A stretch of DNA of 64,000 nt from Candidatus Kapaibacterium sp. (GCA_038229915.1 JBBRNY010000002.1:2472-66471), one strand, 5' to 3'. Counted from the stretch's first letter, positions 1-10,122 are shown. Numbers and translations: made by a program. Notes: generated by a model not told the origin, from the letters alone.

Positions 1-1
1 T

Positions 2-961
2 ACCTACGATGAGCGCGATGCGTTGCGCATTGGCTCCGATGGGAGCATTACTCCGTTGACGGTACAAAAGACCGGTGATGTGTCGCGTACATTTCTTTCG
101 ATTCCTCCACTTCCGTTCTTGAATATTTCTCAGAGTGGCATCAAGCGTGTCGGAGAAAAATGGATCGAAAAAACAGCCGCCCTCGGGGCAACGACCGATA
201 TCCAACGTGATGCTCTTGCACCGAGAACAAAAAACCAATTGCAAGTTGAAAGTTTTATGCAAGGCTTTGAGACATTACCGTTCTTTTCGGGCGTCTTGCG
301 TGAGTATTTACCGCGATTGAATTATTCGTTTAATTGGTCGGGGCTTGAGAAATTTCCGTTGTTCTCGTTTGCCGATCGCGCATCATTCCGTCACGGTTAC
401 AATGGTAATTACAAGCGAACATTCAAGCTCAATCCGGGTGATAGCATCGAACTTTCGACATTGCAGACGGTCGTGTATGGCTTCCGTCCGCTGATCGCTC
501 TTGATCTTGGTTGGGATAAAGTATGGGGCGGAAAACTTTCGAGTAGTTTAAATTATGATACGCAAACCGAGTGGGCATCCGATTACTCGTTCAATAGAAT
601 TACCAAACGACTTTCAACAACATTTGGTATTACTGCAAATTTCCAAAAGCAAGGTGTGACGATACCGTTCATCAAATTAAATCTTAAAAACAATTTTGGA
701 TTGTCGTTTAATTTTAGCCAGACCATCTCGAGCGATCTTTATTATACTTTTAATTCGATATTGACTAATCTTGGTGGTACTAGTAATGGCGGCATTACCA
801 AAACTACTGTCGAGCCGCGTTTCTCGTATGATATTAATCAGCAGTTGACGATCGAGGGCTTCTACCGCTACGAACGCACCACACCTGCGACATCGGGTGT
901 GCTCGTACCGCCGACTCGGACGATCACTGCTGGTTTCGATATTCGCTTGAAAGTGTTTTAA
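2..961 (+). CDS. C-terminal part of an outer-membrane beta-barrel protein (gene starts upstream of window)
   Basis: Frame open from nt 2 (no in-frame stop before window edge) to TAA 959-961; amphipathic beta-strand pattern, Y/F/W/N/T-rich, ends ...GFDIRLKVF (aromatic C-terminus typical of OMP barrels). Confidence 0.5.
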   Translation, partial: TYDERDALRIGSDGSITPLTVQKTGDVSRTFLSIPPLPFLNISQSGIKRVGEKWIEKTAALGATTDIQRDALAPRTKNQLQVESFMQGFETLPFFSGVLREYLPRLNYSFNWSGLEKFPLFSFADRASFRHGYNGNYKRTFKLNPGDSIELSTLQTVVYGFRPLIALDLGWDKVWGGKLSSSLNYDTQTEWASDYSFNRITKRLSTTFGITANFQKQGVTIPFIKLNLKNNFGLSFNFSQTISSDLYYTFNSILTNLGGTSNGGITKTTVEPRFSYDINQQLTIEGFYRYERTTPATSGVLVPPTRTITAGFDIRLKVF

Positions 962-1023
962 CGCATAGTTTTTACTTCCCCAATGCGAAAATGCGTATTT
1001 TTGTACAGTAATAAATTTCAATT

Positions 1024-1260
1024 ATGTCACATACACTGGTAATGGGATTAAAGACGGAATTAGAGCATATTGAGTTTGCAAGAGAACGCTATGCAAACAT
1101 TGCAGAAGAGATCAGAAAAGATCTTGTCGGTACTGTAACTCCACAAACAAAACTTGCCCTCACTGCGCTGATGGAGTATGCTGAATCTGGTGCTAAGTTA
1201 GCAGAACACTGTAAAGGCATTATTGTTAATTCTAATGCTTCAAATTCCAGTTCGCATTGA
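1024..1260 (+). CDS. hypothetical small protein (78 aa)
   Basis: ATG at 1024; stop overlaps start of next gene (ATGA at 1257-1260) suggesting translational coupling; no recognisable motif. Confidence 0.35.
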   Translation: MSHTLVMGLKTELEHIEFARERYANIAEEIRKDLVGTVTPQTKLALTALMEYAESGAKLAEHCKGIIVNSNASNSSSH

Positions 1261-1613
1261 TGGATTTCAGGATAATAATAAAGGTAATTCTTACAGCTCT
1301 AATAATAGTTGCCATCAGTGAAATCGGAAAAAGGTCAAGTTTTTTTGCCGCTTTACTAGCTTCTATTCCTTTGACTTCTTTGCTTGCATTTGTTTGGCTT
1401 TATCTTGATAAAAAAGAAAATGAGCCTGTTGCGAAATTGTCAATGGATATTTTTTGGATGGTCATCCCTTCACTTGCTTTTTTTCCAATTTTTTCATTCT
1501 TACTAAAACAGAATGTTAACTTCTTTGCTTCAATGGGTATTTCAGCGCTGATTACGGCAGGAATCTATTACGGATTCTTTTTGCTGCTGAAATATTTCGG
1601 AGTTGGAGTATGA
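1257..1613 (+). CDS. small integral membrane protein, 4 predicted TM helices (DUF3147-like)
   Basis: 118 aa, four hydrophobic segments, coupled to upstream small ORF. Confidence 0.45.
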   Translation: MMDFRIIIKVILTALIIVAISEIGKRSSFFAALLASIPLTSLLAFVWLYLDKKENEPVAKLSMDIFWMVIPSLAFFPIFSFLLKQNVNFFASMGISALITAGIYYGFFLLLKYFGVGV

Positions 1614-1717
1614 TTTTAAGTTACTCATATACAATAAATTAACTGGTTGGGTTTGAACAGTCGATACGTATTTTTTTAAGCCCTGCGACTTCCTGTTTTG
1701 CAAAGTGTTGTTACTCT

Positions 1718-2884
1718 ATGGAGCAATCGAATCAGTATGATGTGATCATTATCGGTGCCGGAGCTGCCGGGCTGATGTGTGCCATCGAAGCAGGGAAACG
1801 CGGAAGAAAAACGGCTGTGCTCGAACGGGCGCTCGAGGCGGGAAAAAAAATATTGATCTCGGGCGGCGGCAGATGTAACTTTACGAACAAACATATTACC
1901 GACAACGCTTTTCTTTCGGAGAATCCACACTTTGCTCGTTCTGCACTGAGCCGCTATACCCAGGATGATTTTATTCAACTCGTTGAAGACTACCATATAG
2001 AATATTACGAAAAGAAAGATGGGCAATTGTTCTGTCGCGATAGTGCCAAACAGATCGTTGAAATGTTATTGGCGGAGTGCGCAAAGTATGGCGTTTCGAT
2101 ACTCACGAATATCAAAATTACTTCGGTTAGAAAAGACGATGAATTTATTGTAACGACTGAACGAAAAGAATTTCGTAGCGCATCTTTAGTGATCGCCACT
2201 GGCGGTGCATCGATCCCGAAAATGGGAGCGACGAGATTTGGATACGAGATCGCCGTGCAGTTCGGGCTGAGGGTTATCCGCCCGAGACCCGCACTGGTGC
2301 CACTTGTTTGGAGCGATAGGGAAGCATTGCAATTTTCGATGTTGTCGGGCGTGTCATTCCCAGCGAATGTGCAAATAGGCGAGACGAGTTTTAGTGATGA
2401 TGTACTCTTTACTCATCGCGGACTGTCGGGACCTGCAATACTACAAATATCAAGCTATTGGAGCGAAGGAAAAGAAATTGAAATTGATCTCCTGCCCAAT
2501 ACTGAAACCATATTCCAAGAACGAACTCATCAGAAAATTTCGACGCTACTGGGAAAAATATTGCCAAGCCGATTGGCAGATCGGTGGTGCGAGGAATATC
2601 AATTTGATGGATTTCTCGATCAGTGCACCAGCGAGAAAATGCGATCGCTCGAAACGACGCTCCATCACTGGAACATCATACCGCAAACAACTGAAGGATT
2701 TTCGAAAGCCGAGGTGAGTGCCGGTGGTATTGATACCGACGAACTCTCATCGAAAACAATGGAAGCGAAGAAGACCGCAGGCTTGTATTTTATTGGCGAA
2801 GTTGTCGATGTGACGGGTTGGCTTGGCGGATATAATTTCCAGTGGGCATGGTCGTCAGGGTGGGCTTCGGGGCAGTATGTGTAA
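1718..2884 (+). CDS. NAD(P)/FAD-dependent oxidoreductase, HI0933/BaiN (aminoacetone-oxidase-like) flavoprotein family
   Basis: N-terminal Rossmann motif VIIIGAGAAGLMCA, GGGRCNFTN motif, 388 aa full-length similarity pattern to YhiN/HI0933 family. Confidence 0.85.
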   Translation: MEQSNQYDVIIIGAGAAGLMCAIEAGKRGRKTAVLERALEAGKKILISGGGRCNFTNKHITDNAFLSENPHFARSALSRYTQDDFIQLVEDYHIEYYEKKDGQLFCRDSAKQIVEMLLAECAKYGVSILTNIKITSVRKDDEFIVTTERKEFRSASLVIATGGASIPKMGATRFGYEIAVQFGLRVIRPRPALVPLVWSDREALQFSMLSGVSFPANVQIGETSFSDDVLFTHRGLSGPAILQISSYWSEGKEIEIDLLPNTETIFQERTHQKISTLLGKILPSRLADRWCEEYQFDGFLDQCTSEKMRSLETTLHHWNIIPQTTEGFSKAEVSAGGIDTDELSSKTMEAKKTAGLYFIGEVVDVTGWLGGYNFQWAWSSGWASGQYV

Positions 2885-2944
2885 ATCTTTGGTATATTCG
2901 TTGCGAAGAGTTGTGTAATGTAGTCGAACAAATTCTATTATCGT

Positions 2945-3637
2945 ATGCAAATAATATTTGATGTCGAACATCCTGACGAGACCCCAGTCGAAAGCGGCAC
3001 GATCTTTTGCGTCGGGCGTAACTATGTCGATCATATTCTTGAACTCGGCAATGAAAAACCGACGAACCCTATCGTGTTCGTCAAACCCGAATGTGCATTG
3101 CGTCATGGCTCATACAATGTGATCGAATATCCACCGTCGTCGAAACAGTTAGAATTTGAAGGCGAACTTGTATTATTACTTCGCGGCGGTGGCAGAGATA
3201 TTCATGCCTATGACCCAAGCGAGATCATTCTCGGGTATGGCGTCGGGGTCGATCTGACGCTTCGTGACTTGCAAAACGAATTTAAAAGTAAAGGCTTGCC
3301 CTGGACGCTTGCGAAAGGTTTTGATGGCTCGGCTCAGATCAGTCATTTTTTGCCTTATGAAAGTGCGCCCAAATTTGAAGATCTCGGCTTTTCGCTCTAT
3401 GTCAATGGCGAGCTTCGTCAGCGCGGCTTCACGAAAGAGATGATCTTCTCGCCGGAGATGATGATCAACTATCTTTCGATGCGTTGTTCGCTCAAGTTGG
3501 GCGATATGCTCTTTACCGGAACACCTAAGGGGACAGGAGTATTAGAGATCGGCGACAAGATCGTGATGCAGCTTCACGGACAAGACCCGGACACTGTCTT
3601 GCTCGATTTTCATGCTGAAGTGATCGAGTGGCATTAA
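2945..3637 (+). CDS. fumarylacetoacetate hydrolase (FAH) family protein
   Basis: 230 aa; motifs ...FCVGRNYVDH..., ...GELVLLL..., ...GDMLFTGTPKG... typical of FAH/HpcE-type hydratases. Confidence 0.8.
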   Translation: MQIIFDVEHPDETPVESGTIFCVGRNYVDHILELGNEKPTNPIVFVKPECALRHGSYNVIEYPPSSKQLEFEGELVLLLRGGGRDIHAYDPSEIILGYGVGVDLTLRDLQNEFKSKGLPWTLAKGFDGSAQISHFLPYESAPKFEDLGFSLYVNGELRQRGFTKEMIFSPEMMINYLSMRCSLKLGDMLFTGTPKGTGVLEIGDKIVMQLHGQDPDTVLLDFHAEVIEWH

Positions 3638-3649
3638 TTTACATTCTGA

Positions 3650-4753
3650 ATGATCTTATTTGTTCTTGTTGCTATTTATTTTGTGACGCTTGCCGGCTTT
3701 GTGGTCGGCTTGTTGAAAGGGCTTCGTAATGATAGCTCTTCAAAACCACCCAACACTTTGCCGAGTGTATCGGTGATCGTCTGCGCACGAAACGAAGAAA
3801 AAAATATCGGTCGTTGTATCGAAACACTCTCGAAACTCAATTATCCACTCTCATTAATTGAAATCATTATCGTTGATGACCACTCCGACGACAACACGCC
3901 ACAGATCTTAACACAATGGCAAGCCAAACTTCCGAACCTCCGAATACTTAATATCGACGGAAAAGAAAATTGCGGCGGCGGCGGAAAAGTGAATGCGCTT
4001 ATTCATGGCATTGATGCTGCGACAGGGGTGTATGTATTTATCACCGATGCTGATTGTGAGGTCACACCAAATTGGATCAACAATTATTTAAAATGGTATG
4101 ATGACAATACCGGAATGGTCTCGAGCATTACGATCTTAAATTCGAGCCGACCATTCGATGCCGCACAATCGACCGAAATGATGCAGCTCTTGGGGATGAG
4201 TATGGCGGCGATCAATATTGGTATTCCGGTTTCGATCATCGGTAATAATCTTTCGATCAGAAAAAAAGCTTATGAAGATATCGGCGGTTATCGCAACATC
4301 CCGTTTAGTGTGACCGAAGATGTTGAGTTGTTCCGTGCCATGTGGCATTCTAAGTGGGATGTAAAATTTAAAGCAAACGACGAGCTACTTGTCAAGACGA
4401 ATCCTCCTGTTTCGCTCGGTCAATGGTGGCATCAGAAACAACGTTGGGTCGTTGGCGGTGCAAAGTCTATCGGACCGTCGGGGTGGATGATTCTTTTGCT
4501 TGGTTATCTCGGTTGGGCAACGATGATCGCCGCGCCGTTTGTGCTGAGCCCAGTCAATGTGTTGTTGATCGTTGCGATAAAACTTCTCGGCGATCTGCTG
4601 ATCGTTCTTCCGGTGATGCGATCAATGAAAACGACCTATCTCTTGCCATATTTTGCGGTGTATCAATTTTATCTGTTGTTCTTTTTGCTGTGTGTGCCAT
4701 TTCAGTACGCAAGAAAAACCGTTGTATGGAAAGGTCGAGACTACCACACGTAA
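3650..4753 (+). CDS. membrane-bound family-2 glycosyltransferase
   Basis: N-terminal TM, GT-A core VSVIVCARNEE...IIVDDHSDDNT...ITDADCEV, C-terminal TM helices; ATG 4 nt after FAH stop region. Confidence 0.75.
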   Translation: MILFVLVAIYFVTLAGFVVGLLKGLRNDSSSKPPNTLPSVSVIVCARNEEKNIGRCIETLSKLNYPLSLIEIIIVDDHSDDNTPQILTQWQAKLPNLRILNIDGKENCGGGGKVNALIHGIDAATGVYVFITDADCEVTPNWINNYLKWYDDNTGMVSSITILNSSRPFDAAQSTEMMQLLGMSMAAINIGIPVSIIGNNLSIRKKAYEDIGGYRNIPFSVTEDVELFRAMWHSKWDVKFKANDELLVKTNPPVSLGQWWHQKQRWVVGGAKSIGPSGWMILLLGYLGWATMIAAPFVLSPVNVLLIVAIKLLGDLLIVLPVMRSMKTTYLLPYFAVYQFYLLFFLLCVPFQYARKTVVWKGRDYHT

Positions 4754-4758
4754 TTACT

Positions 4759-5463
4759 ATGCTCTTGCTCTTGAGCATCGGGTTTCCCCCGACGAATAGT
4801 CACGCTCAATTCAAAGATCATTCTGTCGATAGTATATTCCACCCTCCTCAAAATACTGACGAGCATTTATTATATGACCTCAATCATCTCGGTGAAGACT
4901 CACGGTGTTTTGATGGTTCGATGTTATTTGTATCACAATCAGTGATGCCACTGGCAATTGCAATGCCTATAGGTTTGGTGATCTCAGGAATATCCTCTGG
5001 TGATAGATCCGTTTCATCGGCAGGATATACTATTGCCGCCTCGACTGCCGTGACGATCGGTTTACAAGAATTAATATTGAAACCCATCGCACATCGCCAA
5101 CGACCATTTCATACGATCGCCGGTGTTCGGCGTCTTGATAGCGCGGCAGGTGGGTATTCTTTTCCTTCAAGCCATGCGGCAATCAGTTGGGGGCTTGCTG
5201 TTGGGTTGAGTTTGCGTTTTCCGAAATGGTATGTGATCGCGCCTTCAGCATTATATGCGCTGGTCGTCAGTTTTTCGAGACCGTGTCTTGGAGTGCATTA
5301 TCCGACCGATGTTCTTGCCGGCGCGATTGTCGGGAGCGTTGTTCAGTATGTTGGCTATGTGGTGCAAAAACAACTGACCAAGAACACAGCGTATTATTAT
5401 TCGTCAGCAGGGAAGCCGTTTCAACCGGCTTTGTTTTCTATCGTATTACCTATCGGGCAATAA
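4759..5463 (+). CDS. PAP2-superfamily phosphatase with signal peptide
   Basis: PAP2 motifs KPIAHRQRP / PSSH / SRPCLGVHYPTD; start placed at ATG 4759 just after GT2 stop (ORF-track N-terminal extension 4423-4758 overlaps GT2 and is rejected). Confidence 0.75.
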   Translation: MLLLLSIGFPPTNSHAQFKDHSVDSIFHPPQNTDEHLLYDLNHLGEDSRCFDGSMLFVSQSVMPLAIAMPIGLVISGISSGDRSVSSAGYTIAASTAVTIGLQELILKPIAHRQRPFHTIAGVRRLDSAAGGYSFPSSHAAISWGLAVGLSLRFPKWYVIAPSALYALVVSFSRPCLGVHYPTDVLAGAIVGSVVQYVGYVVQKQLTKNTAYYYSSAGKPFQPALFSIVLPIGQ

Positions 5464-5590
5464 GATATAGGGTGTGAAGCCCTTCAGAATTATCCACAAA
5501 GTGCTTATAAATAGCTCAATATAGACAAAATAAGAATTTGTGGTGGCATAAAATGGCGAAAAACGGAACTTCTCAGGGGTATTTTACGAT

Positions 5591-5627
5591 TTGAATAGGC
5601 TTGAATAGGACTTTTTACGTCTATAAT
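5591..5627 (+). promoter_or_regulatory. putative promoter of ppiD-like gene: tandem TTGAATAGG x2 followed by TATAAT
   Basis: TTGAATAGGcTTGAATAGGa (5591-5610), 15-nt spacer, TATAAT 5622-5627, 17 nt before ATG 5645; spacer short, so tentative. Confidence 0.25.
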
Positions 5628-5644
5628 ATAATTACGCAACAGTT

Positions 5645-7771
5645 ATGGGGATAATGAATAAAATGCGCGAGCGGATGACGATAATTTTCGTCGGTCTTGC
5701 GGGTGCATTTCTCTTAATGATCGTTTTTGAATGGGGCGCACAAGGCGATTTTTTCAGCAGTGGTCCTCGTGGTGATGAAATTGGTCAAGTCAATGGCGAA
5801 GGTATTACCAACAAAGAGTATCAAGATCTCTATGGCAAAATTCGCCAGTCAGAATTAGCAAAGTCAAAAAAGCAGTCACTCGGCGAAGCCGAAGAAGCCT
5901 CGCTCAACGAAAAAGCTTGGGATGAAGCCGTTACCCAAAAGCTGATCGACCAAAAGTTGAAAGAGTATGGCGTGACTGTGACCGATCAAGAGGTACGCGA
6001 GCGTTTGTTCTATAATCCGCCTGAAGATATTAAACGTGGTTTTATTGACTCGGTAGGTCGTTTCCATCAACCGGAATACTGGGCTGAGCTTCGCAATCCG
6101 AAAAACGATTCTATCGTGATCGGGCTGACACAAGGCATCCGCGAACAAATGAAGCGCGAAAAACTTCAAGGGATGTTGTTCTCAACTATTCGCCTGACTA
6201 ACGGTGAAATGTGGGATCGGTTCGACGCACAAAGCGCGAAGGCCACAGTGCAGGTCGTGAAGATCGCGCCACCGCCGACGGCGTTTCGTGATTTTATTAC
6301 GAAGGTCAATGACGATGATATTAAAAAATATTATGACGATCACAAGTGGCAGTTCAAACGTGAAGAAGGTCGCAAGCTGAAGTTTGTAGTGTTCCGCGAA
6401 TTGCCGACAAGCCGTGACTCGCTCAGTGTTATCGAGCGTGCGCAAACGCTTGTCAAACGTTGGAAAGAACTTCCGAGCAACACAAGTGATAGTTTGCTCG
6501 AAGAGTTGGCTCATGATTATAGCGATGCACCGTTCCAGAAAGCACAGCCGCTTTCTCCGGCGATGCTTGCAGGATTTAGCAATCCGGATTCGCTCTTCAA
6601 TGCAAAGGTCGGTGATGTGATCGTTAGCGCAAGCAACGGACAGATCAAAGTGATGCGCGTTATGGGTGAAGTTGATTCGGGTGGCGAGTATACGCATTTC
6701 CAAAATATTCTGATCGGCTTTGGTCGTCCGGAAAATCGTGATAGTGCGAAAGGTTTGGCTCAGAATGTACTTAACACCATTAATGCTGGTGGTACATTTG
6801 AAGATGCCGCGCGTAAGTTCTCGACCGATCCGTCTTCTCGAAATGGTGGCGATATGAAATGGATGGGACCAAAGACGTATGTGCCACAGGTTGAAGCCGC
6901 CTATGCTTCTGCTCCGCTCAATACCGTTGTTGGGCCTATTGAATCGACTATTGGTTATCATTTGATCAAAGTGTTGGGACGCGCGAAGCGCAAGCTTATC
7001 GTTCAGGTGATTCCGATGGAAATTCGTCCGAGCTCACAAACGATCAAGATGTCAACTCAGCAAGCAAACATTTTTCATGAGCAAGCTCTGAAAAAAGGTT
7101 TTGATGTTGCCGCGAAGGATATGGGCTTAAAAGTGATCGCCGATGGACCGGCCGTTCAGAAAAAATCACAGCAGCCGATGTTCAACAATCCGCAGTGGGT
7201 GAATTATCTTTTCGAGCTCAAGGCAGGAGATATTACTTCGGCTGTTCGGATGGCGAATTCAAAATTGACGGTTGTTGGTCAGGTGACCGAAGCCTATCCG
7301 AAAGGTTTGCGTCCGCTTGATGAAGAACTAAAGAAGATGATCAAGAATCAAGTTGCTCGTGAGAAAATGGTTGAGTCAGTTGCACCAAAAGCAAAAGAAT
7401 TGCGTGCAATGCTCGCTTCAGGTGATGGACTTGAGAAACTTGCATCTGCCGATTCGAACTTACGTCCATTCAACGTGACGATGTCGCCTGGCGAAGCAAC
7501 TGCACAGCTTGGCTCGGAGTATGCTGTCAACACAGCAGCTTTCTATAAAATGAAAGTTGGCGAGATCAGCCAGCCTATCAAAGGTGAAGGCGCATATTAT
7601 ATCGTGAAGCTTCTCGATCTGAAGCCTGCCGATAAAACGGCTTACGATCAGCAGAAGCCACAGCTCTTTCAGCAGCTTTCACAAGAGAAGATGCAGCGCT
7701 TCTTCCAACAGTGGCTCAGCGACCTGAAAGATCAAGCAAAAATAAAAGACTACCGTCTCGCAAGAAATTAA
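5645..7771 (+). CDS. ppiD: periplasmic chaperone / peptidyl-prolyl isomerase, PpiD-like (parvulin domain)
   Basis: 708 aa, N-terminal membrane anchor, long chaperone region, parvulin PPIase segment ...GGDMKWMGPKTYVPQVEAA...GYHLIKV... Confidence 0.8.
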   Translation: MGIMNKMRERMTIIFVGLAGAFLLMIVFEWGAQGDFFSSGPRGDEIGQVNGEGITNKEYQDLYGKIRQSELAKSKKQSLGEAEEASLNEKAWDEAVTQKLIDQKLKEYGVTVTDQEVRERLFYNPPEDIKRGFIDSVGRFHQPEYWAELRNPKNDSIVIGLTQGIREQMKREKLQGMLFSTIRLTNGEMWDRFDAQSAKATVQVVKIAPPPTAFRDFITKVNDDDIKKYYDDHKWQFKREEGRKLKFVVFRELPTSRDSLSVIERAQTLVKRWKELPSNTSDSLLEELAHDYSDAPFQKAQPLSPAMLAGFSNPDSLFNAKVGDVIVSASNGQIKVMRVMGEVDSGGEYTHFQNILIGFGRPENRDSAKGLAQNVLNTINAGGTFEDAARKFSTDPSSRNGGDMKWMGPKTYVPQVEAAYASAPLNTVVGPIESTIGYHLIKVLGRAKRKLIVQVIPMEIRPSSQTIKMSTQQANIFHEQALKKGFDVAAKDMGLKVIADGPAVQKKSQQPMFNNPQWVNYLFELKAGDITSAVRMANSKLTVVGQVTEAYPKGLRPLDEELKKMIKNQVAREKMVESVAPKAKELRAMLASGDGLEKLASADSNLRPFNVTMSPGEATAQLGSEYAVNTAAFYKMKVGEISQPIKGEGAYYIVKLLDLKPADKTAYDQQKPQLFQQLSQEKMQRFFQQWLSDLKDQAKIKDYRLARN

Positions 7772-7798
7772 TTGTAACTTGCAATCTGATTCTAAAAG

Positions 7799-7831
7799 AA
7801 AGCGCGCTTCGAAAGAAGCGCGTTTTTTTTT
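7799..7831 (+). terminator. rho-independent terminator after ppiD
   Basis: AGCGCGCTTCgaaaGAAGCGCG stem followed by T9 run. Confidence 0.7.
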
Positions 7832-7848
7832 ATGTTGGTATTATAATA

Positions 7849-8312
7849 TGTGAAGCCCGCCCACCATTGAAATGGTGGGCTATGTAGTTGCCGTCGCTGA
7901 GGCGACTCTGGGATGACGAATTTTTAAGCCTGTCATTCTGAGGGAGCAAACGAATGTTTGTCTTCAAGGTGAGATTACAGCGACAGAAGAATCTCCGTTA
8001 GTGCAAGACATCAAGAGTAGAGAGTAGGAGATCTTTCGCTCGTCGCTCAGGATGACAAGGTTGAAAGCTTTTCTTGATGTGAGAGCCCGCCCACCATTGA
8101 AATGGTGGGCTATGTTGTTGCCATCGCTGATGCGACTCGGGGATGGACGAATGTTTAAGTTTGTCATTCTGATGGAGCAAAACGAATGATTGTCTTCAAG
8201 GTGAGATTACAGCGACTGAAGAATCTCCGTTAGTACAAGACACCAAGATTAGAGAGAAGGAGATCCTTCGCTCGGCGCTCAGGATGACAAGGTTGAAAAA
8301 TTTTCTCAACTT
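7849..8312. repeat. tandem direct repeat, two ~235-240-bp units (7849-8088, 8089-8312), hairpin-rich, non-coding
   Basis: Units ~90% identical by eye; each begins GCCCACCATTgaaATGGTGGGC (10-bp stem) and contains inverted repeat TGTCATTCTGAG...CTCAGGATGACA; related to palindromic family at 10180 and 33344. Confidence 0.85.
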
Positions 8313-8381
8313 CGTACTTGCAAGAATACTCAAATCCGCATTCTCAATTTTCTGTTCATACAAATTTCGTAAATTTGCAAT

Positions 8382-9020
8382 GTGAAATCACTATATATTC
8401 TTGTTTTGCTTGCGCTTCTGGTTTTTGGCGAAGGGTGTTCGTTGTTTTATTCGACACCGAAGCTTATCCGGGAGAAGCCTTTTTATGAATTGCTTCCGGC
8501 TTCGCTGGAAGATGATTATTTTCATTCACAAACTCTCCCGACTCCCGATCTTGCGGGCAAATATCCGAAAGGCTGGCTTCAGGTAAATCTTGAGCATATC
8601 GCCGCCCTGGAGAATAATATCTTTACCTACACCAACCCTGAGCGGTCGTGGGCTATGACCTTAGTTGAGATTCCTCGCTCGGCTGACCTGATGATGCGCT
8701 ACGAAAAGAGGGGATTGTTGGCACTCGCAGAAGAATCGATCAACACACGCCGACAAAAGATCAATAATTTCGCGATCACTCGTGCGCCCGAGACATTTAC
8801 GCAATATGGTATGCATTTTGCGAATTATGAGATCAGCCGGGGCAGTGGCGACAGCATTGCTTACGGGCGGTATGTGGTCTTTTCGACCGGAATTCGCTAT
8901 TATGAGCTTTCGATGGTGCAATTACGAGGGACTTCGAATACGATGATAAATATAGAGAACTACCGATTGTTGCAATCTGTTATCTCGTCGCTCGAAGGAG
9001 TACCAAGCCATTCTGATTGA
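8382..9020 (+). CDS. hypothetical secreted/lipoprotein (212 aa)
   Basis: Signal peptide MKSLYILVLLALLVFGEGC with Cys at end of h-region (possible lipobox); no recognisable catalytic motif. Confidence 0.5.
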   Translation: MKSLYILVLLALLVFGEGCSLFYSTPKLIREKPFYELLPASLEDDYFHSQTLPTPDLAGKYPKGWLQVNLEHIAALENNIFTYTNPERSWAMTLVEIPRSADLMMRYEKRGLLALAEESINTRRQKINNFAITRAPETFTQYGMHFANYEISRGSGDSIAYGRYVVFSTGIRYYELSMVQLRGTSNTMINIENYRLLQSVISSLEGVPSHSD

Positions 9021-9033
9021 TAAAAGTATGGAT

Positions 9034-9105
9034 TGGGGTGTCGCCAAGCGGTAAGGCAGCGCCCTTTGGAGGCGCCATTCGTAGGTTCGAATCCTGCCAC
9101 CCCAA
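9034..9105 (+). tRNA. tRNA-Gln (anticodon TTG)
   Basis: Manual cloverleaf fold: acceptor TGGGGTG/CACCCCA with U1:A72 (a tRNA-Gln hallmark), anticodon stem GCGCC/GGCGC, loop CTTTGGA, T-arm GTAGG-TTCGAAT-CCTGC; CCA not encoded. Confidence 0.85.
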
Positions 9106-9131
9106 CTCTTAAACGACTCCGTTTTTCGGTG

Positions 9132-9162
9132 AGAGTTCTTAGAACATAAGAACTCTTTTTTA
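9132..9162 (+). terminator. terminator after tRNA-Gln
   Basis: AGAGTTCTTagaacatAAGAACTCT 9-bp stem followed by TTTTTT. Confidence 0.65.
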
Positions 9163-9189
9163 TTGAACGCGGAGCATTACTACCCGAAA

Positions 9190-10122
9190 ATGTCATCACC
9201 GTTAAAGATCGTTGCAGGGAGAAGTAATCTGGAATTTGCGAAGAAGATCGCTAAGGCGCTCGACCGTAAATTAGCGAAGGTACAGATAAAGAATTTTTCT
9301 GACGGTGAGCTTTGGGTCAAGTACGATGAAAATATCCGAGGTGTCGATCTGTTCATCGTCCAATCGACGATGCCACCGGCGGATAATATTATGGAGCTGT
9401 TGATGCTCATCGATGCCGCCCGACGTGCAAGCGCCGAACGCATCACTGCCGTACTGCCATATTTTGGGTATGCACGTCAGGATAGAAAAGACCAGCCTCG
9501 TGTGGCTATCACGAGCCGATTGGTCGCAAATTTGATAACTGAAGCCGGAGCCGACCGTGTGATCTCGATGGATCTTCACGCGCCTCAGCTTCAAGGGTTC
9601 TTTGACATTCCGTTCGATCACTTGTATGCCGCAAACGCATTTGCCAAGCATTTCAAGGAATTACACTTGAAAAAACTTGCGATCGCTTCGCCCGATGTCG
9701 GTGGTTCGAAGGTTGCGCGTGGATTTGCAAAACGTTTTGATGCTGATCTGATCATTATCGATAAGCGTCGCCCTGCGCCGAACGTTGCTGAAGTGATGAA
9801 CATCATCGGTGATGCCGAGGGCAAAGACATTATTTTGATCGATGACTTGATCGACACTGGCGGTACGTTTACCAATGCAGCTTATGCATTGAAAAAAGCC
9901 GGAGCGAGAAGAATTTATGGTGCTTGTTCGCATGCCGTATTGTCGGGCGATGCGATCGAGAGGATCGAAAAATCGCCACTTGAGTATTTACTCGTGACCG
10001 ATACGATACCGCTAAAGCGGACATCGAAGAAGATCGTTGTGAAATCAGTATCAAAGATCTTCGCCGAAGCGATCAAACGCACGAACAAAGGCGCAAGTAT
10101 TAGTTCGTTGTTTGATGATTAG
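9190..10122 (+). CDS. prs: ribose-phosphate pyrophosphokinase
   Basis: PRPP synthetase motifs (…DLHAPQLQGFFDIP…, …DDLIDTGGT…); ATG 9190 chosen (track start 9163 is TTG inside the terminator). Confidence 0.9.
   Translation: MSSPLKIVAGRSNLEFAKKIAKALDRKLAKVQIKNFSDGELWVKYDENIRGVDLFIVQSTMPPADNIMELLMLIDAARRASAERITAVLPYFGYARQDRKDQPRVAITSRLVANLITEAGADRVISMDLHAPQLQGFFDIPFDHLYAANAFAKHFKELHLKKLAIASPDVGGSKVARGFAKRFDADLIIIDKRRPAPNVAEVMNIIGDAEGKDIILIDDLIDTGGTFTNAAYALKKAGARRIYGACSHAVLSGDAIERIEKSPLEYLLVTDTIPLKRTSKKIVVKSVSKIFAEAIKRTNKGASISSLFDD

Noticed and set aside
4423-4758. N-terminal extension of the PAP2 ORF overlapping the GT2 gene
   Set aside because: Extension has no signal/anchor logic and overlaps 330 nt of GT2; ATG 4759 with signal peptide is the sensible start.
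6182-6961. 259-aa ORF on minus strand inside ppiD
   Set aside because: Antisense to a well-supported gene; Arg/Ile-rich, no motifs; typical shadow ORF.
7849-8312. Possible CRISPR array
   Set aside because: Only two long (~240 bp) near-identical units with internal hairpins; no short repeat-spacer periodicity; no cas genes in the window.
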